DNA from: Podarcis muralis
Lineage: Eukaryota
Length of the DNA: 64,000 nucleotides
Reading direction: 5' to 3'
Assembly: GCF_964188315.1 (NCBI RefSeq)
Contig: NC_135667.1
Coordinates: 26,412,001 to 26,476,000, forward strand
The position numbers and the translations under genes were made by a program. Positions within the stretch are counted from its first letter, which is position 1. Each line of letters starts with the position of its first letter. Below, piece by piece: positions 26,254 to 38,011 of this stretch. Below the pieces are notes generated by a model that was not told the DNA's origin, made no database searches, and saw nothing but the letters and a program-made list of their open reading frames with translations.

Positions 26254-26470
26254 ACCTCTCTCTGACCCATCGAAAGAGTTCTGTTTTTGTTTTACTGATG
26301 CTAAGGCCTACATTAATCCACAATAAGTTGACTATCTCTATAGAATTGTTTATACTGTAATCCGCATCATGAAGTCAAAAGTGTCCCCAGACATTTATGA
26401 TAATGAGCCTTTTACTTGTGGGTAGAAGAAATGCACTTAAAGAAGCAAGTTTTTCCAAGGGGAGTAGAGC
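26254..26470 (-). promoter_or_regulatory. Putative OR promoter and non-coding first exon (gene 24767-25723)
   Basis: Donor AG|GTAAGA at 26254-26255, TATAAA at 26349-26354, homeodomain-type TAATGA at 26401-26406 and O/E-like TTCCAAGGG at 26453-26461. All are conserved in the paralogous block at 31574-31770. Confidence 0.55.
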
Positions 26471-26624
26471 CCTTTTCCCTCAACCACTTCCTTTGGGATA
26501 TGAGCACATGGGGAGACACAAGGACAATTACTGTTGTTGTTGAAAAAGATGGTTCCACTTAATTTCAGGTTCCATATCTTATTTCTCTTTATCATGCATA
26601 TAACTTGTTCTCACAGAAGGCAGG

Positions 26625-26890
26625 GATAAAACCACCAGCTTGGATGGCTGAAAAGAGGATTAGACAAATTCAAGGAGGAAAAGGCTATTGAGGCTACCAG
26701 ACATGATGGCTATGCCTCACCGCCACAGCTGGAGACAGCAATGTGTCTGAATATCAGTTGCTGGAACCTGCAGGAGGTGAGAATGTTCTTGCGACTGGGT
26801 CCTCATTGCAGGTTTCAGTAGCAAACAGAGCTGTACACAGCCCCCCAGTCTAACACTGGACCACATAATGTGTTGACCCAGCAAGGGCCA
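26625..26890 (+). mobile_element. CR1 LINE 3' end fragment
   Basis: accaccagcttggatggct..aaagaggattagacaaattca.ggagga.aaggctat is the coding 3' end of squamate CR1. Confidence 0.65.
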
Positions 26891-29447
26891 AACCAGGGAC
26901 CACCAGCCCAACCCCAGATATGTCCCTGGAGACAACTGTGGTGTGGCTAATGCTTAGTGAGGGTGAGCCCTAATTACACATACAGTTGAGAGATGCAACA
27001 TATCCCTCATCTATCCCAGCTGAGAGCAGGGCCTGGCTGCAGGGAAGGCTTTTGCAAAGCAGCACCCACAGCATGAAACACCCCCTGCTCTTGCTCAGGC
27101 GAGGAAGTAGTGTTTCCTGTCCCTCCTTCAGTCTTTTCAAGTGTTGCTTTCCAATAGCCTTCCCCTGATTTACCTTGAGAAACAAAACCCTGAAGTCCAC
27201 AGAATTGAATCCTCCACTCAACAGCTGTGGAGAAGACTGCTGCAGGCTTCCTCCCAGACACCCTGACAGCCCAGGACAGTCTTGATCTGATTCAGCCCTA
27301 GTCCAGATTCACACCCCCCCCCCAAAAAAAAAATTGCCCAATTTGGTCAGGATGCAGACTTCAGCCAAATGTAGTGCACAGCTGTAGTAATAAGGATTAG
27401 GGTTCTTTTTAGGCCTAAAGTGGTTCTTTCCTATTGTTATAGAATAGTAAATACAGGAAGAAGGGAGAGGGTGACATGATGGAAAATTCAGAAAGTGTTC
27501 CATTGCTGGTGAATTTCCACAGAGCCTCTCCATGCTCTTGGATGTTTGTTTTTTGCAGGTATATTGGCAACATGGCATTGATTCAATATTAGTGTGGTGT
27601 TCGTGGATTTACAATGGGCTGTACACATATCATTTTTCTTTATTGGTCATTCTTCCCCATGCTAGTGTATTATTGATGTTCTGGAGGGACACTTTTGCAC
27701 TATAATGCAACAAAAGTGGGACAAAAATAAATAAACCCCACATGCTAAGAAAAGTTACAGGATTTCTTCAGAAGGCTATGGGACATAAATGGATTCGAAA
27801 CAAGGCATTTATATCTAGCCCAAACCAGTGTTGAATATAACTGCAGATTTGAGTATTACATATAACTGCCCCAATGTGATCATGAGCAGAAAACAACATG
27901 AATGCACAAATAAAAGGAAGTCTAAATGCAGAGTAGTCGGTGAAGAGAGATGTATCTCTGAAGTTAGTGTTGTGTACAGAGATGGACAAATACCAAATTA
28001 CGAAATGGATGTATTGAAATAGAGAAAGAAAGAAGATAGGTTAACGACACCACTTCAGGTTTCAGTGGTGAGGTCAGGTTTCACTTCAAAGTTCACAGGC
28101 TTGCACTTTGATATATTCAATATTAAACTGCAAATAAGTGCATTTCTCTGAAATCATCAGTCAGACAGGGTTAGGGATGTAATTTGTATTATTCTCCAGG
28201 TTTGCTAACTTTTTTTCTAGGGAGTCCTGGAAAGAAAGGGAGTCCATCTCACTTCACAGCCATTTCTGTTTCATAAACAAATAGCCCTTGTGCTGTGGCA
28301 TGCTTCACATTTGGATGACTTTATAATTGCTTCTGCAGTGTTTTATTTGTGCAGAATGTCTTCCTGATGAACCCTTTCTCCCCCCCCCCCCAACCTACAG
28401 TGTGAGCGTGTGTAAGAGAGAGAGCGGGAGATGGAGAGAAAGAAACTAAGGTGTCTTCTGCTGTCATAATCGCCATGCTGGTTATGCCACTGACTACTGC
28501 TTCACGTATCTACTTCTTGGGACGGTAATCAGAGAGAAATAAGCCCAGATGGAACCAGGACTCAAGGTTCTGGGGTCTGGGGTCAGGATAATCACAACAC
28601 AATTCATTCAGAGAATAAACTCAACTGCATTTTTTAAAAAACAAAACAGGACAATCAATTGATTTTTAGTGGGGTAAGTTTTGTTGCAATCCTAAGGCAA
28701 GGTTGCTAAAAAGAACACACACACACTGCATTTATTTCTTTTCAAATTATTTGGAAATAAGGCATTCACTTTGTAATACATATGTTACTACAGAAATGAC
28801 ACGAATGGCAAACTAGGAAATCTAATCCTTACTGCATTATGTGCACTGCTAAAGGTTACAAAGCTGGAAATTAAACTGCTCACAATCCTGTGGAAAAAAA
28901 TCAATGCATGGAGGGGGACAGTGGTATCATACTTACTGTCACTGCTGCAAACATCACATGTCCCAGATTTTGTTTGTATAGGAGAGTGAAAGAGTGTCAA
29001 AGGTCAGATACCAGATACAGATGTACAGAACTGTATTAAAGTGGTACTTTATAGGCATATTATTTTATACAGGCCAGACATCTTAGGCAAGTTAGTAGAA
29101 TGACATCAGGATTCCTAAGAAGTATACAAGAGTCAGGGACAGACCTTGGTCTTTCAAATTTCAGTGGCACTCTGTGCAAGGCCAAAATCTGGCACCCCAC
29201 CTCTTACCTTCCATTCTGCTCAATTGACTACATCATAGTTGCAATGCCTGTCTCACTGTCCTAAATCTTCCTTTGTGATAGTCCATGTTCTTCTTCCATA
29301 AAATGACAAACTTCTAAGCAAAAATATGCTCTGAAAGGGGCTCAAAACCCCAGAGACATATAGGAAGGAACAATAAATATTTCAGTATATTTATGAGTAC
29401 TGTAAATTGTCAGGCCATTTAATCTACTGTGCAGATTTATATTAATA

Positions 29448-30404
29448 TCATGGTGTGATGTAGAATATAAACCCTCTGAAACCCTTTTTCATGGCCTCTT
29501 TCACTTCTGTGTTTCTCAGGCTATATATGAGGGGATTGATCATGGGGGTCAAGACAGTATAGAAGAGAGAGGAGACTTTCTTCATGTGTTTTAAGTCTTT
29601 TGACCGAGGGAGCATATAGACAAGCATCAGACTTCCATAATACAAGGCAACCACTGTGAGGTGAGAGGAACAGGTGGAGAAGGCCTTTTGTCTCCCAGTT
29701 GTGGATGGGATTCTGAGGATGGTGGCTATGATGAAGCCATAGGATGATATGGTGAGGAGAAACGGAGGTAATGTGAACACACAAGTAAATACAAAGGCTG
29801 ATAGTTCAAAGAAAGTTGTGTCACTACAAGAAATAGACCTTACATTAGAGCTAACATCACAAAAATAATCATCAATTTCATTGGGGCCACAGAAAGATAG
29901 CCATGACGCTGATGAAGTTAAAATTGTGCCAACAAAAAATCCACTAGCCCAAGACACAACAGATAATTGGAAGCTCACTCTGCCATTCATAAGAACAACA
30001 TAATCGAGTGGTTTACAAATGGCTAAGTACCTGTCATAAGACATCATGGCTAGGAGGTAGCATTCAGTTCCAGCCAGAGAAGAAAAGATGAAAAATTGCA
30101 AAAAACAGGCTTTTATAGATATACCTTCCCCCCCAGCCAGGATGCTTGACAACATTTTAGGCAGGATTGTTGAACTATAGCAGCATTCCAAGAAGGAAAG
30201 GTTTCCCAGGAAGAAGTACATGGGAGTGTGAAGATGTCGATCGGTCACAACCAACACAACAATGAGAAGGTTCCCAGCCATGGTCACCATGTAGATCACC
30301 AAGAACGGCAGGAAAAGAAGAACTTGCAGTTTAGGTAGATCCCCAAATCCCAAGAGTATGAATTCAAAAACTCTTGTTTGATTTTGCCATACTTTCTTTG
30401 CCAT
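29448..30404 (-). CDS. Olfactory receptor, class II, intact (likely start MAKKVWQNQTR); closest paralogue of 24767-25723
   Basis: Full OR motif set. Acceptor CCTTCCCCCTCCCCAG upstream; shares AKKVW and SKDLKHMKKV with the 24.8-kb gene. Confidence 0.95.
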   Translation of the reverse strand: MAKKVWQNQTRVFEFILLGFGDLPKLQVLLFLPFLVIYMVTMAGNLLIVVLVVTDRHLHTPMYFFLGNLSFLECCYSSTILPKMLSSILAGGEGISIKACFLQFFIFSSLAGTECYLLAMMSYDRYLAICKPLDYVVLMNGRVSFQLSVVSWASGFFVGTILTSSASWLSFCGPNEIDDYFCDVSSNVRSISCSDTTFFELSAFVFTCVFTLPPFLLTISSYGFIIATILRIPSTTGRQKAFSTCSSHLTVVALYYGSLMLVYMLPRSKDLKHMKKVSSLFYTVLTPMINPLIYSLRNTEVKEAMKKGFRGFIFYITP

Positions 30405-31072
30405 GTGTGCTGAATCTGGGGAGGGGGAAGGACATGTCTTCATTGTTTCAAAGAAAAAAGGAAAGAAAGAGACTCACATTCACCTAAACTACCTGCATGA
30501 TAAGTAGAATTCTTATATGAAGAATTCCTAATTTAACCATTTTAATGGTTTCTGTGAATGTTTCTTGCAAAATGTTAAAGAAGTATACTTAAGAAAGTAG
30601 GCTTCAGATTTTCAACAAGATGTTTTACTTAGTGATGGAGAACTGTTGTTTGACTATAATTTTCATTATCCCTAATCCTTGGCCATGATGGCTGGAGCAG
30701 AAAGGAGATGCTGTTCCACAAAATTCTGGCACCAACAGGATTGTAAACCAATGGGAGCAATGAGAAATAAGAAAGAAGCATGCTTGAAGAAATCCAGAGG
30801 GTTACTTGAGTACAAATAGGTATTAAAAAAAAAAACTCTTGAAGAATTTTCTTCCAAAAACACAAAACAGCTTGCTAGGTACTGAACACAATTTATAGCT
30901 ATGAAATGTATAGCAGCAGTTTGAAAAGAAAAATGGAACATGGTTAGGGGGTAGATAGTGGAATGCCCTGCTTAGAGAGAATGTTTAGATGGAATTGTGA
31001 ACAGGGGCATTTGTTTTAGGAGGAAGCATAAACCACGACATTTTTTTGCAAGTCATATAAGATAATATTTCT

Positions 31073-31326
31073 TTTTCTTTTTTAAAAAAATAATTTTTAT
31101 TAAATTTCCATTTAACAAACCAATCATATCACATTAATTCCAAATTATACCAATACACAATAAATTCCAAATATTTAGCCAAATTTTAAATTTTTGTTGG
31201 GGGTACCCATGCTTCGAGTTCAGAAAGGGTCCAATCATCTCATATTTCTGCTGCTTTGATGTTCACAAGTCCCATCTTCCCATCTCTTTGTTGTTATCCT
31301 TTTTCTTCTTAATAACCTCCGAGTAT
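31073..31326 (-). mobile_element. 5'-truncated L1/Tx1-type retroposon insertion with 20-bp TSD
   Basis: Perfect TSD tcatataagataatatttct at 31053-31072 and 31327-31346. AATAAA plus an A-rich tail on the minus strand. Confidence 0.75.
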
Positions 31327-31573
31327 TCATATAAGATAATATTTCTAAGTGGTAGATCACATGCTAAATAATATATAAGTTTTTAAAATTAGGGTGTCCC
31401 CTCCCCTGAATCCATCTATAATGGGATCTATCTTTATTTTTTGATCTTATCAAAAACATGTTGCTAGTTTTATCTGGAAATAACTATTTCATTTTCACAT
31501 TTTGAAGCATGCTCCCATTTTTTTCTCTCCCCCCCCCCCAGCCTTTAGAGTTTCTTTTAACAAAGATTTGCTT

Positions 31574-31775
31574 ACCTCTCTCTTCCTTTTTGAAAGAGTT
31601 CTGTTTCATGGGTACCAAGGTCTGCATTAGTCCAAAATAAGGTGACTATTTATATATAATTGTTTATATCCTGCATCATGAAGTTGAAAGTGTCCCCAGA
31701 CATTTATGATAATGATCCTTTTATATATGGGAAAAGGAAAGGCACTTAAGGAAGCAAGATTTTCCAGGGGGAGTA
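31574..31775 (-). promoter_or_regulatory. Putative OR promoter and non-coding first exon (gene 29448-30404)
   Basis: Donor AG|GTAAGC at 31574-31575, TATAAA at 31663-31668, TAATGA at 31710-31715 and O/E-like TTCCAGGGG at 31762-31770. Confidence 0.55.
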
Positions 31776-32132
31776 CGGCACTTTCCCCTCAACTACAATA
31801 ACTACCTTTGGGCTAAAGCAAATAGAATGTCCCTATTTTCATGCGGAATATTGGAACAGTCTCATTACTACCTGATGCTGTTTCCCACTCCCAGGATCTC
31901 TCTCCCCTCTCAACACCTGTTGACAGAAGAGAGTGATATATCAGCATGAGGGTGGTAAAGAGAATTGCCCCTGCTCCTTGTGGGTCATCACCCCCATGCA
32001 AGATCTTCCTTCATTTCTCCCCCATCTATATATTTAATTTGAGTTAATTAAACATGAGCCCCACTCCCAAACTTATTCAGGAATGGATACTGAGGGGGAG
32101 GAGTGATGGTCCTCAGGTTGACCCACGGTGGG

Positions 32133-32576
32133 TAGGGTTGCCGTATTTCAAGAAGTGAAAATCCAGACACANNNNNNNNNNNNNNNNNNNNNNNNNNNNN
32201 NNNNNNNNNNNNNNNNNNNNNNNNNNNNNNNNNNNNNNNNNNNNNNNNNNNNNNNNNNNNNNNNNNNNNNNNNNNNNNNNNNNNNNNNNNNNNNNNNNNN
32301 NNNNNNNNNNNNNNNNNNNNNNNNNNNNNNNNNNNNNNNNNNNNNNNNNNNNNNNNNNNNNNNNNNNNNNNNNNNNNNNNNNNNNNNNNNNNNNNNNNNN
32401 NNNNNNNNNNNNNNNNNNNNNNNNNNNNNNNNNNNNNNNNNNNNNNNNNNNNNNNNNNNNNNNNNNNNNNNNNNNNNNNNNNNNNNNNNNNNNNNNNNNN
32501 NNNNNNAGCCACTTTTTTTGGAAAATCCAATCAATTCCACCACTGAAATCCCAGTAATTTCAGTAATGGCACCCTA
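32133..32576. mobile_element. hAT-type element spanning the assembly gap
   Basis: TIRs tagggttgcc / ggcacccta and 8-bp TSD acggtggg / acagtggg (one CpG-type mismatch). Confidence 0.65.
32172..32506. other. Assembly gap (335 N)
   Basis: Run of N. Confidence 1.
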
Positions 32577-32620
32577 ACAGTGGGACAACCTGATGCCTCC
32601 TAGATTGGAGCTAAGGGTGC

Positions 32621-33241
32621 TGTGAACAGTCCTTGTGCTGGTCCCGGGGGGGGGGGAGGTTACCGTGTGGCGTGGTCTGAGTCCGGTCCTAGGTCGAGGG
32701 TATGGAGGCTGTCTGTCAAGGGTGAAGCGAGGTCCAAGGCAAGGAGCCGAGTGTGGTCAGGAACTCTGGAAGAGCAGGACAGGGTGCTGGCAGAAACAGG
32801 TTACCAACGATGTTGCTCCCGCAACCTGGGACTGGGCTGACTGGCCTTTATCTCCTCTGAGGCATAGGGCGGTCCCAGCCCACAGGTGACTTGCCTCTCC
32901 TGGCCTTAAGGCGAGCACTCCTCCTGTGAGAACTTAGTTCCCTCCGCCTCTCTGCCCTGAGCCTCTGCAGCTCCGGAGAGGCTGGAGGGTTACTGGACCC
33001 AGAGACAACCTCACCTTCCCCTGACAGGGCTGAGAGAAGTGCACCTGCAGGCAATGGGTCCTCGATCACCTCCAGAGCCTGAGCGGATTAAGCTGGTGTC
33101 TGCTCCTGAGGATCCGGCACAGGTGAAGGCCCTTCAGGTTCAAGCCCCAGCCCCAGCTCAGCCGGCCCTGGGGGCAGGGACTCCTGTGCAGGCTGGGATT
33201 CCTCACGTTCAGCCTCTGAATCTGATTCCCAGGCCATCACA
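32621..33241 (-). mobile_element. Solo LTR (Gypsy-like)
   Basis: TGTGA...TCACA inverted termini, GC-rich, minus-strand start TGTGATGGCCTGGGAATCAGATTCAGAGG. The TSD is only approximate (gtgc/gtcc) and the distal boundary is uncertain. Confidence 0.6.
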
Positions 33242-33632
33242 GTCCTAGTCTTTACATAATAATGTCATCATTGTTTCCTTTCATATTGGCTCTTAAAGCA
33301 GATATGCTTCATCCCTTCAAGGACTCTGAGGGGTTGGGGTGAAGCCTCCATCTGCCTGAATCTTAACTATGTCCATACCATCAACTGTCCCAGAAAAACC
33401 AGAACATATGCTTGAAGACATGGGGTGACAGAGAGAGATCCATACAATCCTGCAATCCTAGAGAGAACAACCACTTTTGGTTCTGACTCCATCCACCTTC
33501 AGCTCTGGCTTCCCATACCATCAGCTGTGTTATGTCCTATTGAGTTTCCCCCTGCATTAATGACCATATCCTCTTTCTTCCTTATTCTTTTCCCCATGCT
33601 TGCCCTCTCCCTTTCACTTGAAATGCTGCTAT

Positions 33633-34139
33633 TGTTAGGAACGTGACTCACCAGAGCACAGGGGAGGAGTCAGACACAGAAATTGAGCTAAGTGAGAGGG
33701 AGAAAGACTCTGCAGATGAGAGCTGGCTGCCAGAGCCGAGAAGAGGCAGTTCGACCCCCCTTCCCGAAGAAGACACTGTTAGCTGTCATGAAGTGGGAGA
33801 GTTGGGAGGCAGCCAGAGTGTTGCTAGGCAATCAGCAGATAAGCAGAGGACTGAGACTGTGTCAAGTGAAAGTTGAGAGGGGCAAGGCCAGCCTCTCAGC
33901 CCCCGTTCTAGGAGACTGGATAAGATCAGAGGACAACGAAAGGGCAAGAGGAGAAGGGCAGAAATTTGGCTTTCTTCCTGCTATGGGAATGGCGGAGTTC
34001 AGACTGACCAACTATCATCAATGTGAGCAGGCGAGAAGCTGTGCTCTAGATGTGTTGTTTTCATAAATAAACATGGATAAAACTGCCAAAGAGTCATTAC
34101 TTCTTATTGGGGCTTGCCTGTCTGCCTGAGATCATTACA
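33633..34139 (+). mobile_element. Solo LTR (Gypsy-like), 507 bp
   Basis: TGTTA...TTACA termini, 5-bp TSD gctat/gctac, internal AATAAA near 34067. Confidence 0.7.
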
Positions 34140-34699
34140 GCTACAGTATGATAGAACTGACAGTTCTAGGTACACTGGAAATAGCAATCCTTGGAAACGA
34201 GTTTCTCACCGACTTTCTCTCAGCAGTATTCTACTCACTGCAGTATTAAAAGACCCTTTACTGATCTGCTAAAAGAACAGACTGTTTCTCATGAGAGGAC
34301 AAGTAATTAATCCAGATGGGAATTAGTGCAACAATAAGTGAAGCAATGGGAAGTTAGCTGAGGATAAGAACAGTATCAGGACAACAGAAGTCCATAACAT
34401 CATATTTGGTTGAATGAGGTGACATCAGAGATGTGTATAGGAAAAGAAGACAGTTGGCATTGCTTGCTCACTCCCTTTTAGTGGAGGAATAAAAATACAT
34501 CAGTAGACCTCTTTAAGGTAAAGGTTTTCCTATTTCAATGAATGTTTTATATAATGACCCAGAGCAGAGAAGAAAGGCATGTCTTGCCTGGATAATGGAG
34601 CTTCAGATCTTCAAATCGTAAGGTGCATCAGATATTCAAATAGCTGAGGTCCACCTCCAAGGGTCTTCTGGTGATTCCTTCACTATGGGAAGTGAAGTT

Positions 34700-34935
34700 A
34701 CAGGGAACCAGGCAAAGGGTCTTCTCGGCAGTGGTGCCCTCCCTGTGGAATGCCCTCCTATCAGATGTCAAGGATATACAGAACTACATAACTTTTAGGA
34801 GACATTTGAAGGCAGCCCTGCATTGGGAGGTTTTTAATATTTGATGTTGTATTATGTTTTTGTGTTTTGCTGGAAGCCACCCAGAGTGGCTGGGGAAACC
34901 CAGCCAGATAGGTGGGGCATAAATAAATTATTAGT
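34700..34935 (+). mobile_element. L2 LINE 3' end fragment
   Basis: ggcagtggtgccctccctgtggaatgccctcc...gaaggcagccctg...ggggaaacccagccagat...ataaataaattatt. Confidence 0.75.
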
Positions 34936-35847
34936 AGTGCTAGTATTAGTATTTTAGTATTATTACGGTTGGATCCAGAGATGTTTCCCCAGACTGATTA
35001 AGCTTCTCAGGATTCAACCCATGTTAAAGGGGGCTACCAAGATGGAGCCATCTTATGCATGATGTATAGCTTTAATACAGATGGTATAGTATATAGGAAG
35101 GAAAGAGTGAAAGCCAGGCAATAACATCAGCTGCAGAGGCCCTTAAACCTCTGGGCAGTGGGAATAACGTGTGTAGGAGAAAAAGGCAGAGAGAGACCAG
35201 CCATCAGTTCCTAAATATATTTAATTTAATTTATGGCATCTTCCACAGACATAAAGGGTTTCATTTGTTTTTGTTTGTTTGTTTGTGGGAGAGGAAGAAT
35301 ACAAATGTCACCCTGTCAATTCTTTTCTGATCTATAGCATGCATGAGACTGTACAACTAAAGGCTTTTTCAGAGACCTGGCAGAGTACAGTAGATATTTG
35401 TCTGTCCGCATTAACCATGATGTCAATCATTTCTATGTCTGCTGTAAGTAAACATTGCAGGAATGCTGCAGAAACAGCGGCTTGGGTGAAATATATTCAG
35501 AGCACAATCACACTTACTCTAATGAGTCCATCAAATATTAATTATATTAAATTCTTAGACCATCAACAATACTGTGATGATGTGGAGCAATACATCTAAA
35601 CTATCTGAAAATGATAGTTCATAACTTCTCTCTGTATTTGAAATGAATGAATGAAATGGGGGCAAAGAATTGATTGGATCCTGACTTGGTTCAACTAAGG
35701 TCCTACTGAAATCATTGGAACAACTTAGACAAGGCTTACCTTTAGTCCCATTTATTTCAGTGGCAACTAAGTGCAACTACTTTAAGCATATAGGTTTGTA
35801 ATTATTTTTGAATTCTCTTTGCGCTTACTGTTTCCCTAGGTAATATT

Positions 35848-36810
35848 ATGAGAGACATGGAAATGAAAAACCAAACAGAGGTCACAGATTTCATTCTTCT
35901 TGGATTCGGAGATCTCCAGGATCTACAGATTCCCCTCTTCCTGTTCTTCCTTTTAATCTACATTGTGACCATGGCTGGAAACATTCTCATCATTGTACTG
36001 GTTGTAGCTGATCGACGTCTTCACACCCCCATGTATTTCTTCTTAGGGAACTTGTCATGCCTAGAGGTTTGCTATAGTTCAACCATCCTGCCCAGGATGC
36101 TGGCCAGTTTCCTTTCTGGCAATAAAATCATTCCTTTTAAGGGTTGCATCACACAATATTTCTTCTTTGGTGGCTTGGCTGGCACTGAATGCTATCTTCT
36201 CTCTGCAATGTCTTATGACCGTTACTTAGCAATATGCAAACCCTTGCAATATGCAGCACTTATGAATAGCACGGTCTGTCGACATCTGGCTTGTGGATCT
36301 TGGTTCAATGGCTTTCTTGCCAGTGCCATAGTAACATTGTTTATGTCACAATTAACTTTCTGTGGCCCCAATATACTCAACCATTTCTTCTGTGACTCTT
36401 ATACAATTCTAAAACTCTCCTGCAGTAATGCACAACTTATTTTTACACTAATATTCCTTCTGTGTTCTGCATTCACTCTTCCTCCTTTTCTTCTAACATT
36501 GACTTCTTATATCTGCATCATTTCAAAAATTGTGAGAATTTCATCTGTTGCAGGAAGACAAAAGACCTTCTCGACATGTTCTTCTCACCTCACTGTTGTG
36601 ACCATTTTTTATGGGACACTCATAATTGTGTACATGTTGCCAGAAACCAATGGCCTGGTAGACTTGAACAAAGTCTTTTCTATGGGTTACACTATTCTTA
36701 CACCTTTGGTGAACCCTCTCATCTACAGTCTGAGGAACCGAGAGGTCAAGGAGTCAATGAGAAGGGTTCTTCATAAGTGTTGGGTACAGCATGGGTTGAA
36801 TAGAAACTGA
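35848..36810 (+). CDS. Olfactory receptor, class II, 320 aa, intact (only plus-strand OR)
   Basis: LHTPMYFFLGNLS, MSYDRYLAIC, KTFSTCSSH, PLVNPLIYSLRN. Acceptor CTGTTTCCCTAG at 35838-35839. Confidence 0.95.
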   Translation: MRDMEMKNQTEVTDFILLGFGDLQDLQIPLFLFFLLIYIVTMAGNILIIVLVVADRRLHTPMYFFLGNLSCLEVCYSSTILPRMLASFLSGNKIIPFKGCITQYFFFGGLAGTECYLLSAMSYDRYLAICKPLQYAALMNSTVCRHLACGSWFNGFLASAIVTLFMSQLTFCGPNILNHFFCDSYTILKLSCSNAQLIFTLIFLLCSAFTLPPFLLTLTSYICIISKIVRISSVAGRQKTFSTCSSHLTVVTIFYGTLIIVYMLPETNGLVDLNKVFSMGYTILTPLVNPLIYSLRNREVKESMRRVLHKCWVQHGLNRN

Positions 36811-37035
36811 TTAAAAAGCAAACAAACACTGGGTATTCTGTCCATTCTTTTTGAAATGTTTTGTATGGGTATGTTTAAGATAAATTTATGGTTCAAAATT
36901 AACTAGCACCAGGAGTTCAGTTAGTGGTCTTTGGGAAATTAAGTCTTAGCACTTGTGATTTGAAACTGGGTTTTGGAACTCTTTTCAAAGAGGGACGAGA
37001 AAATAGTTTTGTTAATTCCAACTTATGATTCCAGG

Positions 37036-37174
37036 TAGGGCTCCCCCCCCCCCCAGCCAGAACTCACTGGGACTCAGTTCCAGCACCTCTCATGTGGGCA
37101 CCATTGCCATTCTAAGAGAACAAAGGAGGTGTTCATGGTGAGTTCCGGCACCTTTTTTCTAGAAAAATAGCACT
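37036..37174. mobile_element. Non-autonomous hAT-like MITE
   Basis: agggct...gccagaactcactgggactcagttcc...ctagaaaaatagcactg; second copy at 3863-3959. Confidence 0.6.
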
Positions 37175-38011
37175 GATTCCAGAAATATGAGGTGATTTGA
37201 TCCTCTCTCCCTGTTAGCCCCCAAATCCCCTTGCCTTCAGTTGTCATAACAGACAGAATTTCTGATTTTGAGGTGACTTCTAAGGAACTGGTGCAAGGCA
37301 GGCAGGTGTAAATTAAGCCAGCATAAAGTTACAGATCCAAACCCAATAGGGCTGTTGCTGCTGCTCTGCTTGACAGAGGGGAAACAATTATTTAAGATTG
37401 TTTGCCAGGTAATGTGAATGAGCTAAATGGGCCTAAGATCCAGCCCAAATCCCTCTGGTCTCACCCTCACCCCCACCCTTTGGGGGATTTACACCAACAT
37501 TGGCTCAGCCAGCTAAGTCCGAATGAGTAAGCAGAGTACCTGTGGCTGAGCCAGGGTTGGGAACTTAACCCTAGTTGAACCCCACTGAACCAGAAATAAG
37601 ATGGCTGATCCAGAGATTTACTACCTCCTCAGCTGCTCATCCTGCCATAGGATTCCCCCCCATAGAAACTCACTTCAGTTAAGTGTTTTGAAGGCAAAGC
37701 TGTTTAAAAATGAAAAATGAGAATGAACTGTCAATTTACCAAGTACTCTGTAGTACTATTTGCTGTGGAAGGCAGAAACTAAGCCATGGGTGATGATTTT
37801 GCTGCCATCCTGTGGTCAGTCATGAGATAGTTGCCTATTGAATTGTACCAAAAATCATGATTCCTTTGCGTTGTTTTTTCATCAGCTCAGCAACAGATTG
37901 TGTGGATTAGAAACTTTATTTGCATTAGCCACTAGCCATAGCAATCAGATAAAATATACTGGGGATAGAGCTAAATAGTTAGCTATAAAAAAAATACATT
38001 CTTGAGGTTTA

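Noticed and set aside
32048-32577. ORFs of 131-160 aa
   Set aside because: They are artefacts of translating through the N gap.
11092-36776. Short alternative-frame ORFs inside OR genes (11092, 14863, 19891, 29521, 36462) that resemble one another
   Set aside because: They are frame-shifted shadows of the conserved OR TM5-TM7 codons, so their similarity follows from the OR paralogy.
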